Shown here one piece after another: positions 13,201-29,782 of a stretch of DNA of 64,000 nt (within the stretch, counting starts at the first letter, position 1; each line of letters begins with the position of its first letter). The stretch is from the human T2T-CHM13v2.0 reference genome, Homo sapiens. Under the pieces are notes generated by a model. The model had not been told where the DNA came from. It worked only from the letters and a program-made list of their open reading frames with translations, and searched no databases. Location: NCBI RefSeq assembly GCF_009914755.1, contig NC_060944.1; one strand, written 5' to 3'. The position numbers and the translations under genes were made by a program.

Positions 13201-14239
13201 GGGGGTGCATGGGGAGGGTGCAGGGCCCTGGGGTCTGCGGGGTGGATGGTACCACCATCTACCAACTTTTGCCAGAGTACACAAGGCCTGCCCCAGGAAA
13301 GGGCGTGTGCCGGCTTTCTAGGGGAGAGATGGGATAGGAGACCCCTAACAGAAAGATCCAGTGCTCTAACCGTGCGCCCCGGCTCTGTCCCCTCTCCACC
13401 CCTTCTTGACTGTCATCATTTAACATCCTAGCTGCAGGACTTTCTCTTTTTTGGTTTCTTTCGGAAATGATTATACTCCAGAGATGAGACAGCCTTCCAA
13501 ACATGCCCCTAAGAAGGCAAAGGGGGCTTCTCCACATAAGAGCAGACACTGCTCATTTTCAATTTCTGTAATTTTCATTTCAAAGGGAAAATAAACCAGC
13601 AGGCAATGCCAAACAATTTCATCATGAAATTCCGGCACCGCTCGCTGCTGTTTGGGGTGAAGCCGGCACCTCTTTTAGAGATGCTGCCGAAGCAAAGCGT
13701 CCCTTCCCTCACCCACGGCTTCTCCCTTAGACAGGGCTGAGTGGCCTCCACCCGCTGCAGGGATGAGTTCTAAGTGGCGGTAGGGCGGGGTGCCGGCTGC
13801 TGGGGGAGGCTGGCCTTCTTGGGTGGAGAGGAGTGGGCTTGGGTTTGGAGGGGGAGCCAGACAGATGTGCACAGCAGCAATGCTGCAGCCCCTGGGACCC
13901 AGCTCATCATCTTCCGTCAAAGCCTCCTCCCCAGAGATCAGGGGATGGGAAGGTGAACAGTGCCTTCGGTACCCTCTCTGAGCTGCTTCGAGGTCTGTCA
14001 AAAAGTAATTACAGGAGGGGCTTGAGGAGGGCAATGTATTCAGATTGTAATGAAGCCAAACACCCTGAATATTCAGGCAGATTCCAAACCACCCCATCCT
14101 TGCAGCCCCAGAATGTCACAGTAAGGGCTGCTGAGTCACTGCTAAGCAGGGGGTGGTCTGAGGCAGAGAGAAGCAGGAGAACTTTCCAGGAAGTTTCCCA
14201 GCCAGCTGGATAGAGTACTACAGGGGTGGGCAGAGGCAT

Positions 14240-14940
14240 GGGAAGCAGAAGTGGGGGGCTGGACTTGAATCCTGGCTCTGCCACTTAGAGCTGGGTGACC
14301 TCAGGTAAGCTACCTTACCTCTCTGTGCCTCAGTTTCTTCATCTGTAAAATGGGAATACCAAGTGTGACAGGCAGCCTCCAAGATGGCCCTTGATAATCT
14401 CTACTTCCTGGCCTTCACACCCCTGCGTAGACCCTCCACATTGTAGAAGGACCGGTCTGTGTGACCAATAGAATGTGGCACAGTGATGGTGCCACTTCCG
14501 AGATTAGGTTGTAAAAGACACTGTGGCTTCCTTCTTGGCCTTACTCTCTCTCTGATCATTTGCTCTGGGTGAGGCCAGCTATCATGCTGTGAGGACACTC
14601 AAACACCCTATGGACAGAGGCTCCTGTGGCAAGACCCAGCCATGGGACTGAGCCCCAGTCAAGCCTCAGGTGACTGCAGCCCCAGCTGACACCTTGATTG
14701 CAACCTCAGGAGACCCTGGGCCAGAAGCTCAGAACAGCCACTCCCAGATTCCTGACTCACAGACACCGTGAGATAATTTGTGTTTGTTGTTTTAAGTTGC
14801 TAGATTCTGGGATGATTTGTTACATGGCAATAGATAACTGGTACACCGAGGGTCACTGTGAATATTCAGGGACTGGACAATAATGCCAAGGGCTTAGCAC
14901 AGCACCTGCTACATAGCCCACAGCTCAATAAATGGTGGCA
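14240..14940 (+). mobile_element. MIR split by an MLT1F-like LTR (about 14365-14845)
   Basis: MIR core ctctgtgcctcagtttcttcatctgtaaaatggg; LTR tgtgacaggcagcctccaagatggc...gcaatagataactggtaca. Confidence 0.8.
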
Positions 14941-15299
14941 AATAATTAGTCTGGTAAAACTATAGACCCCCTCCTCAAAAGAATGTTTTTAGATGTCTTA
15001 AATAAAATACACATGGCATTAAAAGGAAACCTATTCTATGCAGTTCCATCCACACACCTCTTGGTGGGAGGCCGTGTATCCCAAGTTAAAAATTCTCCTG
15101 CCTTGGTCTGTTGCCCAGGCTGTCTGGAGTTGCATCCCAGTTTCACCATGGACAAGCAGTATGTTCTTGGGGTCTTTAAACCAGGAGGATTAGAGAGGAG
15201 GCACAGTGAAGTCATGGTGGTGACAGTACTGTTGCTAAAGCCTGACCCTCCCCCTTCATGCTAAGCAGTGCCTCTGGCAGGCAGAGTGCTGAGGCTTAC

Positions 15300-15469
15300 A
15301 TGTGCTGAGATGCGTTTGGGAAGAGGCGTGAATATTGTGGGGCTGAATCCTCAGGGCCGTGGGGGGCTGCATGGCTGATGACCATGAGGACTGGCCTGTG
15401 CGGGTACATCTTCTTGGACGTGCGGAAGAAGCTCACGCTGTCATTGGTGATGAGGTCTGTGAGGTAATC
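15300..15469 (-). CDS. SULF2: SULF2 coding exon (exon 5), 170 nt; [57 protein letters not shown]
   Basis: Acceptor ccccag|GATTAC, donor ACAT|gtaagc. Translated by hand; the ORF track catches it only in the wrong frame. Confidence 0.97.
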
Positions 15470-15764
15470 CTGGGGGGTGGGGAGAGACAGGAGAACAGGT
15501 GAGGAGCCAGGTATTCATACTGGTGTCCACTACGTGCCAGGCACCCTGCTAGGCACTGGGGACACAATAGTGAACAAAACAATTTCTGCCCTTCTGGAGC
15601 TGACAGTCTAGGGAGCAGACAGACAAGAAATAAGCAAGTAAAATAAATGAAATGCCAGACAAATGATGCAAATGGTGCTAAGCTAATTGGACATAAAGCA
15701 GAGAAGTGGATAGGGAGAACAGGGCAGGAATTGCAATAGATCACTTTAGATAGATATTAAAATA

Positions 15765-16060
15765 GGCTGGGTGGGATGGCTCACACCTGTGATCCCAGCA
15801 CTTTGGGAGGCTGAGGTGAGCAGATCACCTGAGGTCAGTTTGAGACCAGCCTGGCCAACACGGTGAAACACCATCTCTACTAAAAATACAAAAATTAGCC
15901 AGGCGTGGTGGTAAACACCTGTAGCCCAGCTACTCAGAAGGCTGAGGCAGGAGAATCGCTTGAACACAGGAGGTGGAGGCTGCAGTGAGCCACGACTGCA
16001 TGATTGCACTCCAGCCTGGGTGACAAAGCAAGACTCTGACTCAAAAAAAAAAAAAAAAAA
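15765..16060 (+). mobile_element. Alu (AluS-like), antisense to SULF2
   Basis: ggctgggtggg...poly-A; agatattaaaa on both flanks. Confidence 0.94.
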
Positions 16061-16589
16061 GATATTAAAAGAATAATAGCTAACACTATTGAGTGCTTAC
16101 GATGTGCCAAGGACTGTTCTGTGTTTACCTGTATTTGCTCGCTTAATTCTGACATAACTATAGAAAGTACATATGATGATAATCCTTATTTTCCAGAACA
16201 GGAAATTAAGGCACAGAGAAGCTAAGTAAATTGCCCAATGGCACACAGCTAGTAAATGTTGGACCCAGCACTACATAGTCTTGGCTCCTAAGTCTGAAGT
16301 TTTTTCAAGGCTCTGGGGACACTGTCATGCAGGGTGGGTATATCCCTAAGTTCCTGGGGTGCCTACACTGGGGCAGGAGCAGACACATGTATAAATAAAG
16401 AACCAAGGTAGTTAAAAGTTATGACAGATGAAGGAAATATCATAAAACAGAGAGATGTAACAAAGAGTAACTGGGAGCTGAGGTGAGGGGCATATTTTAG
16501 CTGGGGCAGTCAGGGAGGTCCTCTCTGAGGAGGTGACATTTGAGTTGAGACCTGAATGATGAGAAGGAGCTGGGCATAGGAAGATATGT

Positions 16590-16750
16590 ATCACTGGATT
16601 TTGCCAGAATCCCCTGGAGAGCTTACTGATACCTGGGCCCACCCCCAGAGATTCTGGTTGGATTGGCCTGCGGTTTGGCCCAGGTATCAGACTTTTAAAA
16701 AACTCCCCAGGGGATTCTAATGGGTACTCAGGATTGAGAATCACTGATCC
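16590..16750. mobile_element. MER5A (hAT-Charlie) inside L2
   Basis: gggcccacccccagagattctg...ttgagaatcactg. Confidence 0.8.
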
Positions 16751-17039
16751 AGGGAAGAGTTCCAGGCAGAGATAACGGGGTCTGAGGCAGGAATGTGCTT
16801 GCCATGTGCTCTAAAAATAGAAGAGAGGGCAGATGGCAACTGGCTCCTTGGAAAGAGGATAAAATGTCAGAGGGTAAAATGCAGAAATGATATAAGGAGC
16901 AGCACACACACAAAAAAGGGATGGGGATGCAGTAATGTCTCCAGGAAAATAAGGAACTGACTTACATATTGGGCAAGAGGAGAGAAGAGTTGGAGGAAAA
17001 GTAAATGGCCAGAACTGGAGGCTTTAAAAGCTCAGCTAA

Positions 17040-17291
<252 letters not shown>

Positions 17292-17608
17292 TAATGACTT
17301 CTTGAAATATACCCTCTGCTAGAAAGCAGCTCTGCCCAAAACAATTACTTTCAAAAAGTGATTATTTTCAAGAAAAAAAGGTGAAGAGGCGTCTACAGCT
17401 TCCACCCTGAAGTATACAACATATATACATACCATGATGTATTCATATATCTACAGACACTCTTTCAGGTACACTCATCCACTATATCCATATGCACAAG
17501 AATGGCCACTGCAATATTGTTTATAAAACAAAAACATTGCAGTGACCAGCAGGAGGATATATGTTTAACAGTATGCATGTATATATATTATACACACACA
17601 TACATATT

Positions 17609-17948
17609 AGAGACAAGGTCTTGCTCTGTCAGGCTGGGGTGCAGTGGCACAATCATAGCTCAGTGTAACCCTGAGGTCCTCAGCTCAAGTGATCCTCCTG
17701 CCTCAGCCTTCTAAGTAGCTAGGACTATAGGCATGTGCCACCACACCCAGCTAATTTTTCATTTTTATTCTTATTTTGTAGAGACAGGGTCTCTACAGAC
17801 AGAGTCTTGAGTATCTAACAGTGGTTAGCCCAAGTAGATACAGCTAGCAAGTGGCCACCCAGGCTGATCTTCAACTCCTGGTCTCAAGCAATCCTCCTGC
17901 CTCAGCCTCCCAAAGTGTAGGTATTAAGGCATGAGCCAACACACCTGG
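17609..17948 (-). mobile_element. AluJ-like with a ~64-nt foreign insertion
   Basis: Dimer interrupted at 17794-17857. Confidence 0.88.
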
Positions 17949-20229
17949 TGGCATTGCTTCCATACTATGCAATGCTGTGCAGACATTAAAAAGGCATGTG
18001 TAAAGTTGTCCAAGATACATGGTTAAGGGTAAGAGCAAGCAACAGAGTCAAACTCAGAAACATTCTATTTTTTGTGGGGGCAGAGGGAAGGGAAGGTGAA
18101 GAGGAGAAGCCAAACTCTAACCTCATATATTTTTGAGCATCAAGGAAAAATCTGGAAGGATATCAAAATGCTGATTGAAGACTGGGAAGAGGAGAGAAGC
18201 GGAGAAAGTTACTTGCTTCTTTATATACTGCTCCTTGAATATTATTTATGGATTAATTTTGGGGAGTAAAAACAATTTTATAAGGGGGCTCTGCAGAATT
18301 TATTACATAAAAATAATATATGTTATATAAATCAAAGAGCTGCTGCTATAGTTTTGGAACGTGATATAAAGGTATTAGAAAAGTTCTTAAAATGACAAAG
18401 GTAATTTACAATGGATCTAAAAATGGTGCAAAGCTCTGTACCCTGACATCAACAGTCAGGGCCTGAAGGGGTCAAGTCAGGAAATGGCATGAGAATGAGA
18501 TGGAACCGCCAGTGGTGGACACTTGCTGCCACCCGCCAGTGGGGTGGGGTGGGAAGCCACCGTTGCTCTTCATAACAGACTCATCTTCACTACTTCATCT
18601 TAGAACTATATGCCTGTTTGGCCGTGGTTAAACTTTTTTAAAAATAAAGCTACCATTAACCTCCATTCCTAGGAGAAGATATACAATGGGATTCTAAAGC
18701 AGTGAAAAAGAACAGAGCTACGTGGATGAACACGGATCAAACGTGGATAAATCTTACAATGTTATATCGGGTGAGAAAAGCAGGTTGTGGAAGGATGTGT
18801 ATGATATGATATCATTTATAAAAAGTCTAAGGACACAAACACAGCATCGTACATTGTTTGAGATATCCACCTATGGGATGAAAGAATAAAGGTATGTGTG
18901 GGTAGAAGCTCCAGGATACTGGCTACCTCCAGGGGAGGGCTCAGGCCGGGGCAGGAATGAGACCCAGGAGGGTGGGTCAGGGGCTCCCACAGTCTAATGT
19001 TTCAAAGTGTGTGGGGGGTGATTACAGTACCTGCCTCTTGAGGCTGACAGGCAGGTTAAAGCACCAATAGATGTGAAGCTCTTGCCATAGTGTCCTGTGC
19101 ACAGCCAGCTCTCTGCCACCATTCAGCTAAGAATCAGGACTGTCTTGGTGGCTGGGCAGATTTCTCCATGTCTGAGAGCTCCCCTCCTTATCCATCCTCC
19201 TCAGTGGCCACTCCTCGGCTAAGTCTTCCCCGATCTCTGCTAGCTCCGCAATGCCACATGACACACCTGCCTCCAAAGCTGCCACCCTGCTCCACCAGTG
19301 GGCAGTTAGTGCCAGGCCAGCCAACAAGAGCCACCCATCCCTCCGGCCACAGGGCTTCAGCCATGCCCTGTTCTCTCTGAGGGAGAGAACAGGAGGCCTG
19401 GGCCAGGGTGGCGGGGGCAGCATCCAGCGATGCTCAGGGGCAGCCAGGACAGCCACTGGGTGGATGTGGGGTGCGGGAGGGGCGGGTGACCCCCACCCCT
19501 GTTGGTCTCTGGTTTGGGCAGTTGAGGGAAGGGTAGAGAAGGCCTGGGCCGGGGGAAAGGCTGAGTTCAGATATGGGCAAACTGTGTTTGGGGTGCCCGG
19601 GTCAAGCCATGAGGCAGGACTCTGAAATTCAGACCTGTGAGCAGGAGGGTGAGATGGGTGGAGGTCCACAGGCCCAGGTGCATTTTCCAGAACCCGGCGC
19701 CCAGGAGTCAGGCTCTACCCAGGTGCTGCTGGCCTGCACAGCTCCACAGGGCTGAGAAGCCACAGCTGGGACCCCGAGGTGCAACCGGCCCCCTCTGGCA
19801 AGCACCCTCTGAGCCTCAGGTGATTCCTGCAGGCATCCACAAGCTTCACCGACTGAGTAGCTAGTGTCTGCGGAGACTGCCAGCCTCAGCCCTAGGCAAA
19901 AGCGTGTTTCCCTCGAGTGGGCACTCCGCACCGGGCTTCCCTCCAAGGCCAAGGCAGTGCGTGTGGGTGGCAGCAGCTCCACAGGCTCCAGACAACTCGT
20001 AATGAATGATCATAGGCTCTTCATGTTATCAAATACCTTAGCTCAGCTGATCGTCACAGCAACTTTGACAAGTGGACATTATACCCATTTTACAGATAAG
20101 GAAGTGAGGTCCCCAAACAAATAAGCCATGCATCCAGAGCTGGAGCCAAGGCCTTTGTATTTTTGGGTCAGGTCCATCTTTTTCTCCCCGCCACAGATAA
20201 CATTATTAATGAGAAGCATACATAGTGGT

Positions 20230-21255
<1,026 letters not shown>

Positions 21256-23379
21256 TGGACTTTGAAGCCAGATGGCCTGGGTTCGAATTCTGCTTTATCA
21301 CTTACTAGGCTATGTGGCCCGGTTACATTACTTAGCCTCTCTGGGCCTCAGTTTTCTCATCTGACAGTTGGGAATAGTCACAGTATATACCTCACAGACT
21401 ATGATGAGAAATGCATGGGTTAATTTGTGTAAAATGATTCAAACAGTATCTGGTACATGGTATGTCTAAATGAGTGTTAGTCATTATTCCTCAAGAACCA
21501 TATGCCTACATTTTCTTTGTGAAAATTAAAATAGTACAAAGGACAGTGAAGTCTCATTTGATTAGATTACTCCTTACCACCCCCCCCACCCCCATAACCT
21601 TGGCTCTTCTGTCCCCTACTGGGAATAACCTTTCCAGTGTTTTGTTAGGTACATTATAGTATCACTTTATGCATCTTTTTATATTATTAATCACATCATA
21701 CTGTACATATTCATTTATCTATCTGACAAATACAGCAGTGAACAAAACAAATGAGCATTCCTGCCTTCATGGGGCTTATATTCTTATGAGAAGAGACAGA
21801 TACTTAACAAATGAATCAGTAATATACACAGGGTGTAATGCACCAGATGGTGATTTGTTGCAGTAAGGAGTGTGGTGGGGGTGCCCTTATACAAGGTGGT
21901 CCAGGAAGGCTAAAGTGAGGTGACATTTGAATAAGGACCTCAGGAGTTCTGGAACTTGCTTTTCCCACTCTGCCTGATGGGCTCAGGACATAAGGCAGAC
22001 CGGCCTCATCCTTTGCCGAGGATCTTCCAGAGGAGGGATGCTTCACGGTCATTTAGTTATTTCGTGTATTGGTGGACTTTGCTGATTTCTTTCAGTAATA
22101 AACAGAGCTACAACCAGCTGCTCCATCACGCCGTCTCCTGCCTATGACTGAGGCTTCTCCAGATAGACAGAGAAGTGTACACGCTGCGGCAAGGGGCGGG
22201 GCACATGAAGTTCATAGAATCTGCCAGGTCGCCCCCACACTGGCCGTGCACTGCCATCACCTCCCTGCAGAGCCACCCAACACCCAGGCCCACTTTTGCC
22301 AGCTACCTGGAAGCCTCTTTTCGGGTGGACTCAACTCTAGGTCATTCTCACTTCCCTTCCCACTAACAACTGTCTTCCCCTCTCCAACCCTCTTCTGCCA
22401 TTAGCGCTTGTCCTGTATCACTCTTTTCTCATCACCACTGCCTCTCTTTCTGCCCTTGACATCTGGACCCCTTTGGTGGCATGTGCCCATCTGTGGATTA
22501 GTGACTTGGGACAGAGTCCTCAGAGGCCTTCTGAGGGGGGCTTACGAAGGGTTGCCGCTTCCTCCCTGCCTGGGCCTCCCAACAAGGCCCGCCCGAGGCC
22601 AGCAGTGACATTCTGCCTTGCCAGAGGCATCTTACTGCCTGATCTAGGGCCCAGGGCACAGGGCTCCTGAGCTCTGCCTTGGCTGGAAACCCCGGGCTCA
22701 CCCCTGTTCCCTTGACGCTTGGGCTCCTGCTGCCCACTGCTACCCTCAGGATTTGAACCCTGGACCTGAGCCAGTTCTGACTTCACCGCCCCGCCCTCTG
22801 CCCACGTCCCTGTTAGAGCATCTCTGTTCCCAGGCCCCTGGTAACTGGGGGGCCAGGAATCCTCTCACACCTCCCTCACAGGGCTGTTCTCATTCACAGG
22901 GGGAGATGTGTGTGGGCAGGAAACAGGGCAAAAGGACGGACGTTCTATGTCCCCATGCTTAGCCCCAAAAGAATCCTGAGCACCCCGGGATAACTTGATT
23001 ATCGGACTGCTCTGAGATGAGGCGTGGATGTGGTGAAGAAATTTAAAAAGGAGGGAATGTATTTTTCAGGATATTTAGAGAATCCGCCTGCACTGAGGCT
23101 GGGAGGAGGGAAACAGCGTGCTTAGCCCTGGGACTGGAATTTATATTCCAAGGAGTCCATGCCGGACTGCCTCATCAGAACTTTGGAATTAATTCACTTG
23201 GGAGGCTGGAGGCCTACTATGTGCAGAATGAGACTTGAGGGCAGGCCGGGGGCGGCTTCTGCCACTTGGGCCTGGACCCATCAGACTTACAGGGAGCCCA
23301 GGATGACCTGTCGGAGGCAGAGGGATCTCCATGTGTGCCGGGGTTTCCAGAACAGAAGTGGGACAGAGTGTTTTTTGGC

Positions 23380-23905
23380 CGTTGAGCACCTAGTCAGCCT
23401 TCTCCTGGTGGAAACTCCATTCTTATTTGGGGCTCTATTCCCAGCCAACGTTCCAGCGTAGAGCTCCTGCTACCCCCATGTCTGGCTCAGGAGTGGAGCA
23501 TGTGACTTATAGTCCAGGGAACCAGGCATCCTCCTGGCCACTCTGATTGGCTCAGGGACAGACATGGGACTGATCCAGAGCCAATGAGATGCACTGAGAC
23601 TCTCTGGGACTCCTGGGAAAGAGACTCCCATGCTTGCAGCTGGCCAGGAAGCTGGGAGGATATAAGGAAGGCCGCACTGCTACCAGGAGGAGAGAGAGCT
23701 TCTGTGAATACAGTCGAGCAGACAAAAACAGAGCTGACAGTAGAGAGAAATCAACTCCTTGGGGGTTCATTTGAACTCCTGGATCCACCCATGCCTGATA
23801 CCCCTATAGCTGGTTTTCAGTTAAATAGGTGAATATATTTCCTCTTTGATTAAGCCACTGGGAGTTAAATTTCTGCTCACAAACAACTTCAAGAGCCTAG
23901 TCTGA
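23380..23905 (+). mobile_element. MaLR LTR (MLT1K-like)
   Basis: gattggctcagggacagacatg and ctggatccacccatgcctga motifs. Confidence 0.65.
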
Positions 23906-23927
23906 TTAAAAAAAATTACCCTATAGT

Positions 23928-24226
23928 GGCTGGGTGCCATGGCTCACACCTGTAATCCCAGCACTTTGGGAGGCTGAGGTGGGTGGATCACCTGAGATTG
24001 GGAGTTCGAGACCAGCCTGACCAACACGGAGAAACCCCATCTCTACTAAAAATACAAAATTAGCTGGGCGTGGTGGTGCATGCCTGTAATCCCAGCTACT
24101 CAGGAGGCTGAGGCAGGAGAATCACATGAACCCAGGAGACAGAGGTTGCGGTAAGCCAAGATCATACCATTGCACTCCAGTCTGGGCAACAAGCACAAAA
24201 CTCTGTCTCAAAAAACAAAACAAAAC
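23928..24226 (+). mobile_element. Alu (AluSp/Sq-like)
   Basis: Full dimer with A-rich tail. Confidence 0.93.
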
Positions 24227-24552
24227 TGAGATGACTGTAATAACTAGCAAGCTTGGAGGTTGAAATGGCTCATACTGGGGATGACAAAATAGACGGGTGT
24301 GATGTGACTGTGTGTGTGTGCATTAATGATGTGTGCACATCACTTAACAGTTTATATCATATCTTCATGTGCCAGACTGTGAGCTCCAGGAGGACCATGA
24401 TTGGGTCATCTGTTTTCATTCACCTTGGAATAGCCAGCACTTGGCATGGTACCTGGTACACAGCAGGCTCTCAATGAATACTTGTTGGGGGTGGTGAATG
24501 AATAATGGAACCAAATGTGACTAGTCCACTCCCCTCATATGATTGTTGTGAA

Positions 24553-24642
24553 TATCAGAAGTACTACATGTTATCAGAAGTACTACTGTGTACCCCTGAG
24601 CACTACATAGTAGGTGCTCAGGGGTACACAGTAGGTGCTCAG
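24553..24642. repeat. Perfect 21-bp inverted repeat plus two short direct repeats
   Basis: CTACTGTGTACCCCTGAGCAC (24583-24603) pairs with GTGCTCAGGGGTACACAGTAG (24614-24634). Confidence 0.95.
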
Positions 24643-25384
24643 TAAATGGAAGTACACATGATTAAGTATGCAAGGGTATGCTTGTTTTTCAGATTTGGGA
24701 GTTGAGGCTCTTAGGAGTACGTAGCATGTCCAAGGTCACGTAATATGTGTCAAGGTTGGGGCTCTCAACTTGATCCCACTGACTCCAAATGTGAAACTCA
24801 CCGTACAGTCCCCGGAGGGTGCTGGCAGAAGAACGACATGGTGGGCTGAAGGGCTGCAGGCCCATGGGTCAGGCATGCTCAATTGATGCAAGATTTTAGA
24901 AAAGTCTGAATTAGTTGCCAATATTTACCAATCAGGAGATTTCATAGGTAAAAAATACAAATTTGTGGCTTCTGTTGAAAAATCAGGAAAAGTGGCCATC
25001 TGGGCCCACAGTTCTACCTGGGCCTGATCTGCCCCTTTTGGACAGACACCTTCTCCACCGTCTCCACCACTCCCTATTGTCCACACACTCCTGGCTTGCT
25101 ACCCTCTTTCAGTGACTGCCTGTTCTCTAGTGACTTTAACCTGGGAAGTCACAGTAGGCAGGGCCCAGGACTGGTGGCAGTGGGGATGGGAAAAGAGAAA
25201 GAGGGATGGATTTGGCAGCTGGTCTGGGGAAAGAATGTACCAGCTGTGGGGGGATGTCAGAGCTGACTCTGAGGATTCAGATGGGGCAGGAAGATTTGTT
25301 CATTTCCATATTTCTTTTAAAATGGGACATCTGGATGAAACATCACTGTCAGCCTCTCCTCCTTCTCCTCCTCATCATCTAAGC

Positions 25385-25595
25385 CAGGGGTCAGCAAACT
25401 ACAGCCAAGCAGGTCGACTGCCTGTTTTTGTAAACAAAGCTTCCTTAGAGCATGGCCATGCTTGTTTGTATATTATCTATGGCTGCTTTCACACTATAAC
25501 GGCAGACTTCTGCAGTGGTAACAGGACTGTAAGCCTTGTAAAGCCTAAAATATTTAGTATCTGGCCCTTTACAGAAAATATTTGTTGCCCTGATC
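25385..25595. mobile_element. MER58A
   Basis: caggggtcagcaaactac...tggccctttacagaaaat...ccctg termini. Confidence 0.85.
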
Positions 25596-25699
25596 TAAGC
25601 TACTACATACTGAGTATTTACTACGTGCAAGGGGCGCTTCTAATGTTCTACATGTACTAACTCACGTGATCCTCAAAAACCTTTGTGGTAAAACCATAA

Positions 25700-27200
<1,501 letters not shown>

Positions 27201-27237
27201 TTGGAAACAGACACTATTTTTTGAGAAATGAATACAT

Positions 27238-27538
27238 TTTTCTTTTCTTTTTTAAAGACAGAGTCTTGCTCTGTCACCTAGGCCGAAGAGCAGTGGGAAG
27301 ATCCTGGCTCACTGCAGCCTCAAACTCCCGGGCTTAAGCAATCCTCCCATTTCAGCCTCTCTAGTAGCTGGGTCCACAGGCATGTGCCAACACACCCGGC
27401 TAATTTTTGTATTTTTTTCGTACAGACAGGGTCTCGTCATGTTGCCCAGGCTGGTCTTGAACTCCTGGACTCAAGTGATTCACCTGCCTTAGCCTCCCAA
27501 AGTGCTGGGATTACAGGCGTGAGCCACTGTCCCTGGCT
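27238..27538 (-). mobile_element. AluJ-like
   Basis: Dimer consensus. Confidence 0.9.
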
Positions 27539-27697
27539 GAGAGATGAAAAACTGAGGAGGAGGTGTATGTAAAATGCTCAAGGTCACACTTTTAAGTGCC
27601 TGAGTCACAATCTGAACCCAAGTAGTCTGGCTCCTGAGTTGGGCCTCTAACTGCTGGGCCACACAGCCACTCCCAGGCTGGAAAGGTTGCAGCTTAC

Positions 27698-27849
27698 CTT
27701 GGAGTAGTCGGAGCCGTGCTTCTCTTTCACCCCGTTCCGACACAGCGTGTAGTTATAAAAGCGGGAGTTTTTAAGGAGTCCGACCCACTCCTTCCAGCCG
27801 GGTGGCACGTAGGAGCCGTTGTATTCATTAAGATACTTCCCGAAGAAAG
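27698..27849 (-). CDS. SULF2: SULF2 coding exon (exon 4), 152 nt; [51 protein letters not shown]
   Basis: Acceptor ccgcag|CTTTC, donor CAAG|gtaagc. Continues in frame from the previous exon (T-G-Y-R-T-A-F-F-G-K, second sulfatase signature). Confidence 0.98.
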
Positions 27850-28095
27850 CTGCGGAGGGAGATGGATCAGGAGGCCACGTGAGAAAGTGCCTGACGATGT
27901 TTATTAAACTATTGTGTGTCCGAGGCCTGAGCATGCACACCTGCTCTGCCATGGAGCCCTCTGGCACACAGAGCAATGGATCCCTTCTCCAATGTTATTA
28001 CGTGCATTGAATACAAGATATAGGATTACAGAGAAAATCAATTGTTTGGAAATACGGTTATCAAAATACTAAACACATTTGCGATACAGTGTGTC

Positions 28096-28375
28096 TTTTA
28101 TTTTTTATTTTTGAGATGGAGTCTTGCTCTGTTACCCAGGCTGGAGTGCAATGGGACGATCTTGGCTCATTGCAACCTCTGCCTCCCAGGTTTCAAGCAA
28201 TTCTCCTGCCTCAGCCTCCCGAGTAATCCTCAGCTGGGATTACAGGCGTCTGCCACCATGCCTGGCTAATTTTTTGTATTTTTAGTAGAGACAGGGTTTC
28301 ACCATGTTGGCCGGGCTGGTCTTGAACTCCTGACCAAAGTGTTGGGATTACAGGCGTGAGCCACCATACCTGGCC
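28096..28375 (-). mobile_element. Alu with internal deletion in the left arm
   Basis: gaactcctgac joined directly to caaagtg. Confidence 0.9.
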
Positions 28376-28659
28376 TACTGTGTCTTTTAAAACCTTGTAG
28401 AGAGCGATCATTTCAGAATAGTTATGAGTGAAAATATTATATTTTGCAGTATCTGCAAAAACTGCAATGGGATATTAAATACTGGTGATTTCTACAGATG
28501 ACAAAGCTACAGATTCTGCCAACATACTGTGGTTTATGGCTTATGCTCATATTGGAAGCAAATGCTAAGTCTCAGCTGTAGGTTAGTGAAAACCAGAGTG
28601 TCACTTTTTTTCCCATTGAAGTTTGTGGATCCCTTGGATTCTGTCTGCTACACAGCAAC

Positions 28660-29782
<1,123 letters not shown>

